Positions 48,880 through 57,261 of a DNA stretch of 64,000 bases are shown here, one piece after another. A program made the position numbers and the translations under genes. How positions within the stretch are numbered: position 1 is the first letter of the stretch; the number at the start of each line of letters is the position of its first letter. The notes under the pieces are model-generated. The model made no database searches. It had not been told where the DNA came from and worked only from the letters and a program-made list of their open reading frames with translations. Source of the DNA: Nitrospirota bacterium (GTDB taxonomy: Bacteria > Nitrospirota > UBA9217). The DNA is taken from the NCBI GenBank assembly GCA_963840455.1, contig CAWIYV010000001.1, positions 160,001 to 224,000 on the forward strand, in the 5' to 3' direction.

Positions 48880-49499
48880 GTGGCCGATCCCTGCGATGGG
48901 GCTGAGCCCGGCTTTTTCTTCCAGCGCCGACGGCGGGGCTTCTTTTTCTTGATCTCCGCGCCTGCGGCAGGTTCCGCCTCGCCGGCCGCGGGTTCGGCAC
49001 AGACCACCGCCGTCAGTTTCTTCGCCTTTTCCTCGATGTCCCGCTCCATCTCCACCTTGTAGACCTTGAGCCGATTGGCCACCTTCACGTCCGCCGATGC
49101 GATGATCTGCGCCGCGAAGATCCCGGCGTTCTTGGCGCCCGCCTTGCCGAGCGACATGGTGGCCACCGGCACGCCGCCGGGCATCTGGACCGTCGAGAGA
49201 AGCGCGTCGATCCCCTTGAGCGCCGAAGAGTCGATCGGCACGCCGATGACCGGCAGGGTCGTCTGGGACGCGATCACGCCGGCAAGGTGGGCCGCCCAGC
49301 CCGCCCCTGCAATGATCACCTTGAGGCCGCGCCGTTCGGCGCTCTGGCTGTACTCCAGCACCTTCTTGGGCGTGCGGTGCGCCGAGGCGATTGTCATCTC
49401 GTACTCGATGCCGAACTCCCGGAGCATTGCCCCTGCCTCCTGCATGATCGACAGATCGGAGTCGCTCCCCATCAATATTCCCACTACGGGCTTTGGCAT
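48876..49499 (-). CDS. purE: N5-CAIR mutase with basic C-terminal extension
   Basis: MGSDSD, SAHRTP, AAHL.G, QMPGGVPVAT. Confidence 0.96.
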   Translation of the reverse strand: MPKPVVGILMGSDSDLSIMQEAGAMLREFGIEYEMTIASAHRTPKKVLEYSQSAERRGLKVIIAGAGWAAHLAGVIASQTTLPVIGVPIDSSALKGIDALLSTVQMPGGVPVATMSLGKAGAKNAGIFAAQIIASADVKVANRLKVYKVEMERDIEEKAKKLTAVVCAEPAAGEAEPAAGAEIKKKKPRRRRWKKKPGSAPSQGSAT

Positions 49500-49550
49500 A
49501 GGAACTCCCTTCTTGCGATTTCGTTATCGTACCGGCTCGAACCGACCCGG

Positions 49551-50321
49551 TCACAGGTCCTTGGGATCGTCGATAAATACCGTGCTCACGCCGAACGCTT
49601 TGTTCACCGGCCGCATCAGCGCCCGGACACCCACCGTCTCCGTGGCATAGTGGCCCGCGGCAATGACGTTCATCCTCTGGTCCCGTGCTGCGTTATACAC
49701 GGCCAGGTCGATCTCGCCGACGATAAAACAGTCGAGGCCCGCTTCCCGTGCCTCGTTCAGCATGCTGCCGCCGCCTCCCGAGATTACGCCGATTGATCGG
49801 ACATGGTCCTTGCCGAACCCGAGAACGCGGCACGTTGACCTCAGCTGTCCGCTCAGCTTTTTCGCCACTGCATCCAACGCTGCTGCCTTGCCGAGCGTCC
49901 CCGCATATCCGATCCTGATGCCGTGGTACCTCCCGAACCTCCGGGGTTCCCGGACGCCAAGCAGGCGGCACAGCTGGATATTGTTCCCGTACTCGGCATG
50001 CAGGTCAAGCGGCAAATGCGCTGCATAGAGCGCCATATTGCGCTTGGAGAGGTAGGCCGCCCGCCGCCGCTCCAGCTCCCGGTCCTTCTGCGGCCGCCAC
50101 TTGATCCCGTGGTGGACGATCAGGAGGTCGATGGCCAGGCGGTCCGCCTTTTCAAAAGTGGAGAGACAGGCATCGACGGCGAACCCTACGCGTTTGATCT
50201 CCGTGCCCGCCCGCGGCCGCACCTGCAATCCGTTCATTGATGCGTCGCGGATCGTCCTTGTCCGCAGCGTCTTGTTCAGAAAGCCCACAATATCCGCTAT
50301 TGCGGCTTTTTTCATCCTCAT
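49551..50321 (-). CDS. Nif3-like dinuclear metal center protein
   Basis: NGLQV, VHHG, HLPLD, GNN, GHYATE. Confidence 0.93.
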   Translation of the reverse strand: MRMKKAAIADIVGFLNKTLRTRTIRDASMNGLQVRPRAGTEIKRVGFAVDACLSTFEKADRLAIDLLIVHHGIKWRPQKDRELERRRAAYLSKRNMALYAAHLPLDLHAEYGNNIQLCRLLGVREPRRFGRYHGIRIGYAGTLGKAAALDAVAKKLSGQLRSTCRVLGFGKDHVRSIGVISGGGGSMLNEAREAGLDCFIVGEIDLAVYNAARDQRMNVIAAGHYATETVGVRALMRPVNKAFGVSTVFIDDPKDL

Positions 50322-51595
50322 GTCCCTGTTTCGAGCGCCCGGGCGCCAATGTCTCTTCGGTAATGCGCGCCTTCGAAGGAAATCTCACGAACGCCGGCAT
50401 AGGCGGTGTCGATGGCAGCCGCCACACTGGGCCCGAAGCCGGTTACCCCCAGGACCCTTCCACCGTCGGTGACCACCTTCCCATCCTTGAACGCGGTCCC
50501 GGAATGAAAGACCATGACATTCCTGAGGCCCGCGGCCTTGTCCAGGCCCCGAATCTCCTTGCCCTTCTCATAGCCGCCCGGGTACCCGCCCGAGGCTATG
50601 ACCACGCAGACAGCGGAGTCGGCCTTCCACTTGACCGGTGTCAAGGCGAGCTTGCCGTCCAGGATGGATTCGATGATTTCGATAAGGTCGCTGTCGAGCC
50701 TGGCCATGACAGGCTGTGTCTCGGGGTCGCCGAACCGGGCGTTGAACTCGAGGACCCTTGCCTCGCCGTTGTGGATCATGAGGCCGGCATAGAGGATGCC
50801 CTTGAACAGCCGGCCCTCCTTCTCCATGGCCCGCACGGTCGGATTCATCACTTTCTCCATGACCTGCTTCTCGATCTGCTTCGTCACGACCGGCGCCGGC
50901 GAATACGCGCCCATGCCGCCGGTGTTCGGCCCCTTGTCTGCGTCGAACACCCGCTTGTGGTCCTGCGACGATGCCATGGGAATAACGGTCTTCCCGTCGG
51001 TGAAGGCCATGAACGATGCCTCCTCGCCCCTGAGACATTCCTCGACAACCACAACATCGCCTGCTTCGCCGAATACCTTTTTGGTCATGATGAGGTCGAG
51101 GGCATTGACCGCCTCCTCGACCGTCTCCGCGACCACCACGCCCTTGCCTGCGGCAAGACCCGCCGCCTTCACGACGATGGGAGCGCCCTTGCTCCTTATA
51201 TAGGCCTCGGCCTCGGCCCGGTCCGTAAAGGCCCCGTACTCGGCCGAGGGAATGTGGTATTTCTTCATCAGGTCCTTGGTGAAGGCCTTGTTCGCCTCGA
51301 TCTCTGCCGCGTTCTTTGCCGGCCCGAAGACACGGAGCCCCTCCTTCTGGAACTCATCCACGATGCCCATCGAGAGCGGCCCCTCGGGCCCGACAATGGT
51401 CAGGTCCACTGCCTTCGAGCTCGCGAACGCAACAAGACCGGCAATGTCCTCGGCCCTGATCGGAACACATTCGGCAAGCTGCGCCATGCCGGCGTTGCCT
51501 GGCGCCGCGTAGATCTTTGTTACCCGAGGGCTCTGGGAGACCTTCCAGACCAGGGCGTGCTCCCTGCCCCCGCCGCCAACGACAAGAACTTTCAT
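50318..51595 (-). CDS. purD: phosphoribosylamine--glycine ligase
   Basis: GGGGREHAL, APGN, QDHKR, GPNTGGMG, EFNARFGDPE. Confidence 0.97.
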   Translation of the reverse strand: MKVLVVGGGGREHALVWKVSQSPRVTKIYAAPGNAGMAQLAECVPIRAEDIAGLVAFASSKAVDLTIVGPEGPLSMGIVDEFQKEGLRVFGPAKNAAEIEANKAFTKDLMKKYHIPSAEYGAFTDRAEAEAYIRSKGAPIVVKAAGLAAGKGVVVAETVEEAVNALDLIMTKKVFGEAGDVVVVEECLRGEEASFMAFTDGKTVIPMASSQDHKRVFDADKGPNTGGMGAYSPAPVVTKQIEKQVMEKVMNPTVRAMEKEGRLFKGILYAGLMIHNGEARVLEFNARFGDPETQPVMARLDSDLIEIIESILDGKLALTPVKWKADSAVCVVIASGGYPGGYEKGKEIRGLDKAAGLRNVMVFHSGTAFKDGKVVTDGGRVLGVTGFGPSVAAAIDTAYAGVREISFEGAHYRRDIGARALETGT

Positions 51596-51643
51596 GTTCG
51601 CTCCTTCGCGTTCTGTTGCTGTCTCCGCGGGCCGCCCACTGGC

Positions 51644-52474
51644 CTACCGGCCCGTACCTGCCTCTTTCTTTTCGAGCACCGCGTTCAGGCTCCCGGTGCG
51701 ATAGCCTTCGAGGTCGAGGCAAATGTAGACATACCCCAGTTCCTTGAATGCGTCCACGATCCGCTGCCGCACGTCTCCGGCGGCAAGGCGGACGAGGTCA
51801 TCCTGCTCGACCTCGATGCGCGCCGTGTCGCCATGATGGCGAACTCGGACCTGGCGAATGCCGAGGCCGCGGATGGCGTCCTCCGCGGCCTGGATGTTCT
51901 TGAGCAGATCGCGAGTAATGGGGGTACCATACGGTATGCGCGAGGAAAGACAGGCGAGGGAAGGCTTGTCCCACATGGGCATGTCCATGCGCCGGGCAAG
52001 GTCCCGGACCTCCTGCTTGGTGAGGCCCGCTTCCGCAAGGGGGCTGCGCACGGAGAACTCCCCGGCTGCTTTCCTGCCCGGCCGGTGATCGCGGAGATCG
52101 TCGATGTTCGTACCGTCCAGGATGTACGCGATCCCTTCGGCATCGGCGATCTGCCGAAGCTTGCCGAACAGTTCCTGTTTGCAGTGGTAGCAGCGGTCCG
52201 GCGCGTTCCGGGAGAACTCGTCCCGGGTGAGCTCTTCAGTAGCCAGGATGCGGTGCCGGACACCGAGCGACGCCGCGAATCTCTTCGCGGGTTCAAGTTC
52301 GGCCGGCGGGTAGGTCTCGGAGATGGCGGTAACGGCAATAAGGTTAGGGCCAAGGACCTCGGATGCGGCGCGGAGGAGGACAGAACTGTCGACGCCGCCG
52401 GAATAGGCGAGAACGGCCAGCTTCATCTCGCGTAACAGGGACCGCAGCCGGTCCCACTTTTCATCGGTCTGCAT
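51644..52474 (-). CDS. larE: LarE-family ATP-dependent sulfur insertase
   Basis: SGGVDS PP-loop, RCYHCK, D.RPG, ACLSSR, RVR.HG. Confidence 0.92.
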   Translation of the reverse strand: MQTDEKWDRLRSLLREMKLAVLAYSGGVDSSVLLRAASEVLGPNLIAVTAISETYPPAELEPAKRFAASLGVRHRILATEELTRDEFSRNAPDRCYHCKQELFGKLRQIADAEGIAYILDGTNIDDLRDHRPGRKAAGEFSVRSPLAEAGLTKQEVRDLARRMDMPMWDKPSLACLSSRIPYGTPITRDLLKNIQAAEDAIRGLGIRQVRVRHHGDTARIEVEQDDLVRLAAGDVRQRIVDAFKELGYVYICLDLEGYRTGSLNAVLEKKEAGTGR

Positions 52475-52545
52475 TGCGGCGATAATAACACAGCACGAAC
52501 GTAAGTGTCAATAAAGTCCTTGCGGGCAAGGCGCTTTCCGGCCCG

Positions 52546-53343
52546 TTACTTCTTCGCCATGCCCTGGATGTATCCCAGTTTGAGGGAGAGGGCCGTCGCC
52601 GCCTCCTGGACCTTCAAAGCAACGCCGCCTTTATCAAGACGGTCGTCGCCAAGGCGGTTGGCCGGAGCGATGATGCCCAGTGCAGCGATCACTCTCTTCG
52701 AAAAATCCCTGACCGGCGCGGCAACGCTCTTCACGTCAAGGTCGCACTCCTCGTTCTCGACCGCATATCCCCGCTCCTTGATCCCTTTGAGCTCGATAAG
52801 GAGGGCATCGCGGGTTCGCAGCGTGCGGGGTGTGACTGCGGGAAGCTCGTTCTCGGGATACAGGTGCTCGATCTCTCCCGGCGGGAGGAAAGACAAATTA
52901 GCCTTGCCGACCGCGGTGCAGTGAGCGGGAAGCATGGCCCCGACACGGGACACCGCCCGGACCGTCCGGTCCGTCTCGACGCTGTCCATGTAGATGACCT
53001 TGGTCGCCCGCAGGACCGCCACGACCGCAGTCTCACCGGTGGACACCATCAGGTCCTCCAGGATGGGCCGGGCCTGCCGCCGGCACTCGCGCTGCTCAAT
53101 GAAAATCGAACCGAGCTGCAGGGTCTTGGGCCCGAGACGGTAGTTCTCCGTATCACGGTTCTGCTCGATATAGCCGCGGTGCTCCAGCGTGGCGAGCAGG
53201 CGAAAGACATTGTTCTTGTGCAGTCCGAGGCGCTTGGAAAGTTCCGTCACGCCGAGCTCGTCGTCCGTCTTAGTGAAGGACTCAAGGATATCGAGTGCGT
53301 GGGAAACGGACTGGATCAGGTAGTTTTCTTTATCCCGTTTCAT
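52546..53343 (-). CDS. IclR-family transcriptional regulator
   Basis: QSV..ALDIL HTH, HCTAVGK, GYAV..EE...SVAAP; alternative GTG start at 53373. Confidence 0.93.
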   Translation of the reverse strand: MKRDKENYLIQSVSHALDILESFTKTDDELGVTELSKRLGLHKNNVFRLLATLEHRGYIEQNRDTENYRLGPKTLQLGSIFIEQRECRRQARPILEDLMVSTGETAVVAVLRATKVIYMDSVETDRTVRAVSRVGAMLPAHCTAVGKANLSFLPPGEIEHLYPENELPAVTPRTLRTRDALLIELKGIKERGYAVENEECDLDVKSVAAPVRDFSKRVIAALGIIAPANRLGDDRLDKGGVALKVQEAATALSLKLGYIQGMAKK

Positions 53344-53369
53344 GGATGTGCGTCGAGCCTCCGCGGCAA

Positions 53370-53801
53370 TCACCGCGCTGCAGGGAAGGTCCCCGGCTGT
53401 TTACCGGTCATGACCGGATATCCCCTCCCATTCCACTCGGGCATACCGCCCTGGAAGACCATGAGGTACGTATAGCCCAGTCCCGCCGCCGAACCCGCGG
53501 CGGCCTTGCTGAGCGTTCAACCGACCCCGCGGCAGTAGAAGATGAGCGGTGCGGTCTTGTCCTTCGGAAGCCTTCTTTTCTCCGCCGCGATCCGTTCGGC
53601 AGGGATATTGACAGCGCCGGGTATATGGCCTGCCAGGTACTCATCAGGAGACCGCACATCGATGAGAGCGGCCTTCTTCTCCCCTGTCATCAAACCCGCG
53701 ATCTGATCTGCACCGATGATGAGATATTGCGCTACTACCGCCGTTGCGGAGAAAAGAACGCTCAAAACTACCATGGCTGGTAAGCTCTTTCTCATGGCCA
53801 T
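53370..53801 (-). CDS. exported single-domain rhodanese, probable selenoprotein (UGA 53519-53517 = Sec)
   Basis: Signal peptide, IDVR..EY..GHIPGA; frame continues YCRGVG-UGA-TLSKAA...GY...FQGGMPEW...GYPV to TGA 53372-53370. Confidence 0.85.
53475..53514 (-). promoter_or_regulatory. candidate bacterial SECIS element
   Basis: Immediately 3' of UGA: lower stem GCUCAG/CUGGGC, upper stem GCCGCCG/CGGCGGC, G-containing loop CGGGUU starting after a 19-nt spacer. Confidence 0.72.
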
Positions 53802-53958
53802 GTCCCTCCTCATTGTTGTAAAACAAGTGTTTACTTATTAAATCAGCAGCGGGTTTTTGTCAAGATAAATAAACCGAAGGTCAATCTTCGCTATTGCAAT
53901 GGCGCGGTGCGGAAGGGTATTATTCACCACTCTGGTAGCACCTTCAGGGAGGTTTTTT

Positions 53959-54957
53959 TTGAGGAACAAAGCTGTCGCCCTCATTTCGGGCGGACTTGAT
54001 AGTGTACTTGCCGCTCGGGTCGTCATGGAGCAGGGCTACGAGGTTACCGGCCTGTACTTCACGTCACCCTTTTCCAAATCCTACGGGAGCGAAGAGCTCA
54101 CCCCCGCCGCCACGGTTTCCCGGACTATCGGCATCGACCTCCGCGTCATGGACCTGGGACAGCCCTATATCGACCTCATCAGGAACCCGAAACATGGTTA
54201 CGGAAAGAACATCAACCCCTGCATCGACTGCAAGATCCATATGCTGGAACGGGCGAAAGCGGTCATGGACGAGATCGGAGCGCCCTTTGTGGTCACCGGC
54301 GAGGTTCTGGGCCAGCGGCCCATGTCCCAGCGTCGCGACACGCTTCACATCATCGAACGCGATTCCGGCCTCAAGGGGCTTATCTTGCGCCCGCTTTCGG
54401 CGACCCTTCTCCCGCCCACCCGGGCGGAGCAGGACGGGCTCATCGCCCGCGACAAGCTCCTGGGCATCAGCGGCCGCAGCAGGACGGTGCAGCTTCAGTT
54501 GGCGGAGCGTTTCGGCATCCAGGGTTTCTCCACGCCTGCGGGAGGATGCCTGCTGACGGACAAGAACTTCGCCGAGAAGCTCCGCGACCTCTTCCAGGAC
54601 CAGGAGACGATCACCCCCCACGACATCCAGCTCCTGACCGTAGGCCGGCATTTCAGGTTCGACAGCGGCGTCAAGATCGTGGTGGGCCGGAACAACCGGG
54701 AGAACCATGTCCTGATGGCCCTCGCCGCGCACGGCTACCATCTCTTCATGCCCCATGGCTTCCCCGGCCCGGTGGCCCTCTTTTCCGGAACTCCCGATCC
54801 CGAGGTAATGCAGGCCATCGGCAGGCTCATCATCACGTACAGCAAACAGGCCCCGGGCCAAGTCCGCCGCATCCGTTTCGGCAGCGAGATATTCGACCCT
54901 GGAGATCCGCTCCCCATCCAGTCCATGGGACTCAAGAAGATCGGTACCAAGCACTGA
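53959..54957 (+). CDS. ThiI/MnmA-like PP-loop tRNA sulfurtransferase (no THUMP), Cys-rich
   Basis: SGGLDS, NPCIDC, TGEVLGQRPMSQ, GGCLLT, GRHFR; RBS GGAGG before TTG 53959. Confidence 0.87.
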   Translation: MRNKAVALISGGLDSVLAARVVMEQGYEVTGLYFTSPFSKSYGSEELTPAATVSRTIGIDLRVMDLGQPYIDLIRNPKHGYGKNINPCIDCKIHMLERAKAVMDEIGAPFVVTGEVLGQRPMSQRRDTLHIIERDSGLKGLILRPLSATLLPPTRAEQDGLIARDKLLGISGRSRTVQLQLAERFGIQGFSTPAGGCLLTDKNFAEKLRDLFQDQETITPHDIQLLTVGRHFRFDSGVKIVVGRNNRENHVLMALAAHGYHLFMPHGFPGPVALFSGTPDPEVMQAIGRLIITYSKQAPGQVRRIRFGSEIFDPGDPLPIQSMGLKKIGTKH

Positions 54958-55046
54958 CACTCCTCCCGCTTGACGTCCTTTTTTCCCCCGTCATGTTGAA
55001 TTCTGTGCAATAATTCTATTGATGAGCAATTGCTCGCGACTCTGAG

Positions 55047-56138
55047 GTGAGCATGCCGGAAATTACGATCGAGGCGTTACAGGACTATCTCCAGCGGCTT
55101 TTGGGGGTGCCGGTACGGGTACTTTCCCTGTGCGAGCACGGTAAGCAGGAGCTCACAGGAGATCTTAAGGCCTTCGGCTACGGCACGCCGGTCTTCCTCG
55201 AATACGAGACCGGCGGAACGAGAAAGCAGGCCGTACTCGAGACCATGTCTCCCTCGCCCTTCGGACACGATCACTTTTCGGACCGCGCCCAGGCCATTCT
55301 CTGGGAACACTCTGCATTCAACGATCTTCCCCGCCATGTGCGTTCGCTCGACAGCGGTGCTTTTCTCCGGTCCGGGAAGATCGTCTCGACAGGCCAGGCC
55401 GAGGAGTTCTTCCTGCTCACCGAGTTCATCGAAGGCCAGGGTTATTTCAGGGACCTTGACCGCATTGCCGCTACCGGAGTCGCCGCCGCTGCGGACCATG
55501 AGCGGTCGATGTCCCTGTCGAACTACCTGGTGGAGATACACTCACGAAAACTCGACTCCCCGGCATTGTACACCCGCCGCATCCGGGACCTCCTGGGGCA
55601 TGGCGAGTGCGTTATGGGGCTGATCGACAACTACCCTGACCACTACGAATTCATCGACCAGGACCTTTTGCGCAAGATCGAATCCGCATGCGTGAGCTGG
55701 CGCTGGCGGGTCAAGCACCGCGGCCACCGCCTCTGCCAGGTGCACGGCGATTTCCATCCCTGGAACATCCTGTTCCGTGAAGGCACCGACTTTACCCTCC
55801 TCGATCGTTCACGGGGGGAATGGGGAGAACCGGCCGATGATGTCACCTGCCTGACCATCAATTATCTGTTCTCTTCCTTACTTCGCTCCGGCAGGCTCAC
55901 CGAACCGTTCGAAACGCTGTTCAGAAAGTTCTGGGACACCTACCTCGAAAGGACCAACGATACCGAAATGACCAAGGTCGCTCCACCGTTCTATGCATGG
56001 CGCGGTCTTGTGATCGGCAGCCCGGTATGGTATCCCCGCCTGCCGGACGGGGTACGCAGGACCATTTTCAATTTCATCGTGAACGTGCTCGCTGCGGACC
56101 AGTTCGATTTCACGGACGTGAACAGGTATCTGGCATGA
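55047..56138 (+). CDS. aminoglycoside-phosphotransferase-like kinase
   Basis: VHGDFHPWNI Brenner motif and LLD. Confidence 0.85.
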   Translation: MSMPEITIEALQDYLQRLLGVPVRVLSLCEHGKQELTGDLKAFGYGTPVFLEYETGGTRKQAVLETMSPSPFGHDHFSDRAQAILWEHSAFNDLPRHVRSLDSGAFLRSGKIVSTGQAEEFFLLTEFIEGQGYFRDLDRIAATGVAAAADHERSMSLSNYLVEIHSRKLDSPALYTRRIRDLLGHGECVMGLIDNYPDHYEFIDQDLLRKIESACVSWRWRVKHRGHRLCQVHGDFHPWNILFREGTDFTLLDRSRGEWGEPADDVTCLTINYLFSSLLRSGRLTEPFETLFRKFWDTYLERTNDTEMTKVAPPFYAWRGLVIGSPVWYPRLPDGVRRTIFNFIVNVLAADQFDFTDVNRYLA

Positions 56139-56662
56139 ACGGAAGGGAAGGCTTCGCAATCTGGATAACGGGCATCCCGGCATCGGGCAAAAGCGCGATA
56201 ACCCGGGAGCTGGTCGCCCGCATGAACAGCCAAGGGCTCTCGGCGGCAGTGCTGGAATCCGATGCCCTGAGGACGATCCTGACCCCGGAGCCTACCTTTG
56301 GCAGCAACGAACGGGATCATTTCTACCTTCAGATGGCGCAGCTCGGAGCAATGCTGACCCGCCAGGGCATCCCGGTCATTTTCGATGCAACTGCCAACCG
56401 GCGCGCTTACCGTGATCATGCCCGTACCTTGATACCCCGTTTTGTCGAGGTCTTCGTCAGCTGTACCTTGGACATCTGCAGGGAACGGGACCCCAAAGGC
56501 ATCTACGCCGCTGCTGCGCGGGGGGCTGCCTCGAACGTGCCTGGCATGCAGGCAGTGTATGAACCTCCGCTGGCCCCTGAAGTGACCGTGGACTGCCGCG
56601 AAACTCCTCCCATCAACGCGGAGACTATCTTCACTCGAATCATGGCCCTCCACTACATATAA
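56135..56662 (+). CDS. adenylylsulfate kinase (CysC)-like P-loop kinase
   Basis: WITGIPASGKS, RDPKGIY, YEPP; ATGA overlap with the upstream kinase. Confidence 0.85.
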   Translation: MNGREGFAIWITGIPASGKSAITRELVARMNSQGLSAAVLESDALRTILTPEPTFGSNERDHFYLQMAQLGAMLTRQGIPVIFDATANRRAYRDHARTLIPRFVEVFVSCTLDICRERDPKGIYAAAARGAASNVPGMQAVYEPPLAPEVTVDCRETPPINAETIFTRIMALHYI

Positions 56663-56734
56663 ACAGATTTTTCCAGCCTATTAACGAAACTCATTTGACC
56701 GGCCTACACCCTTCCGTTACAATGTTCTGCAATT

Positions 56735-57181
56735 ATGGGTAAAAAAGTGACCTACGAGCGGTGGATTAACCTGTTTCTTCCTGATGGGTGGAGCGAGCGG
56801 GAGGAAATGGGTTTTGTGCTGTTGGAAAAAGAGAACTGGCCGGGCATGGTCCAACTGACCTTCATCGAGCGTGAGGAGGTCACGACGACGCCGTCCGAGG
56901 CGGCGAAGATCTATCTGGAGGACACCCTGGAGGAGCGGGACGTGCCCTTTCCCCGGGAGGCGGTCCGCATGGAGAACCGGGCAGAAGCTGGCGTTGCGGT
57001 CATCGACTACACCGACACGATCAGCAAGGACCCCGCCCACTGGCGCATCTGGTTCCTGGTTGACAAGACCCGCGCCATCATGGCCGCATATATCTGCGAC
57101 CCGGAGCATGATGGGCAACAGATCGATGAGGCCTCGCGGATCATCGCGGATCTGGAATTCATCCCGAGCACGAACGATTAG
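56735..57181 (+). CDS. hypothetical acidic protein (PsbP/Mog1-like fold possible)
   Basis: LPDGW motif, coherent ORF, own promoter TTGACC-17-TACAAT. Confidence 0.65.
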   Translation: MGKKVTYERWINLFLPDGWSEREEMGFVLLEKENWPGMVQLTFIEREEVTTTPSEAAKIYLEDTLEERDVPFPREAVRMENRAEAGVAVIDYTDTISKDPAHWRIWFLVDKTRAIMAAYICDPEHDGQQIDEASRIIADLEFIPSTND

Positions 57182-57205
57182 CATCACACGAGTACGGAAA
57201 ACAAC

Positions 57206-57237
57206 AATGGGGAAGGAGCCAGTGCTCCTTCCCCATT
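57206..57237. terminator. bidirectional terminator hairpin
   Basis: Perfect 14-bp stem AATGGGGAAGGAGC-cagt-GCTCCTTCCCCATT between convergent genes. Confidence 0.8.
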
Positions 57238-57261
57238 TCTCTGTTCTGCTCCTGTCGCGTT

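Noticed and set aside
50237-52435. 732-aa + strand ORF and other long antisense ORFs (e.g. 3976-5034, 25833-27092, 33292-34281)
   Set aside because: They are shadow frames opposite well-supported genes in GC-rich DNA, with no recognisable motifs
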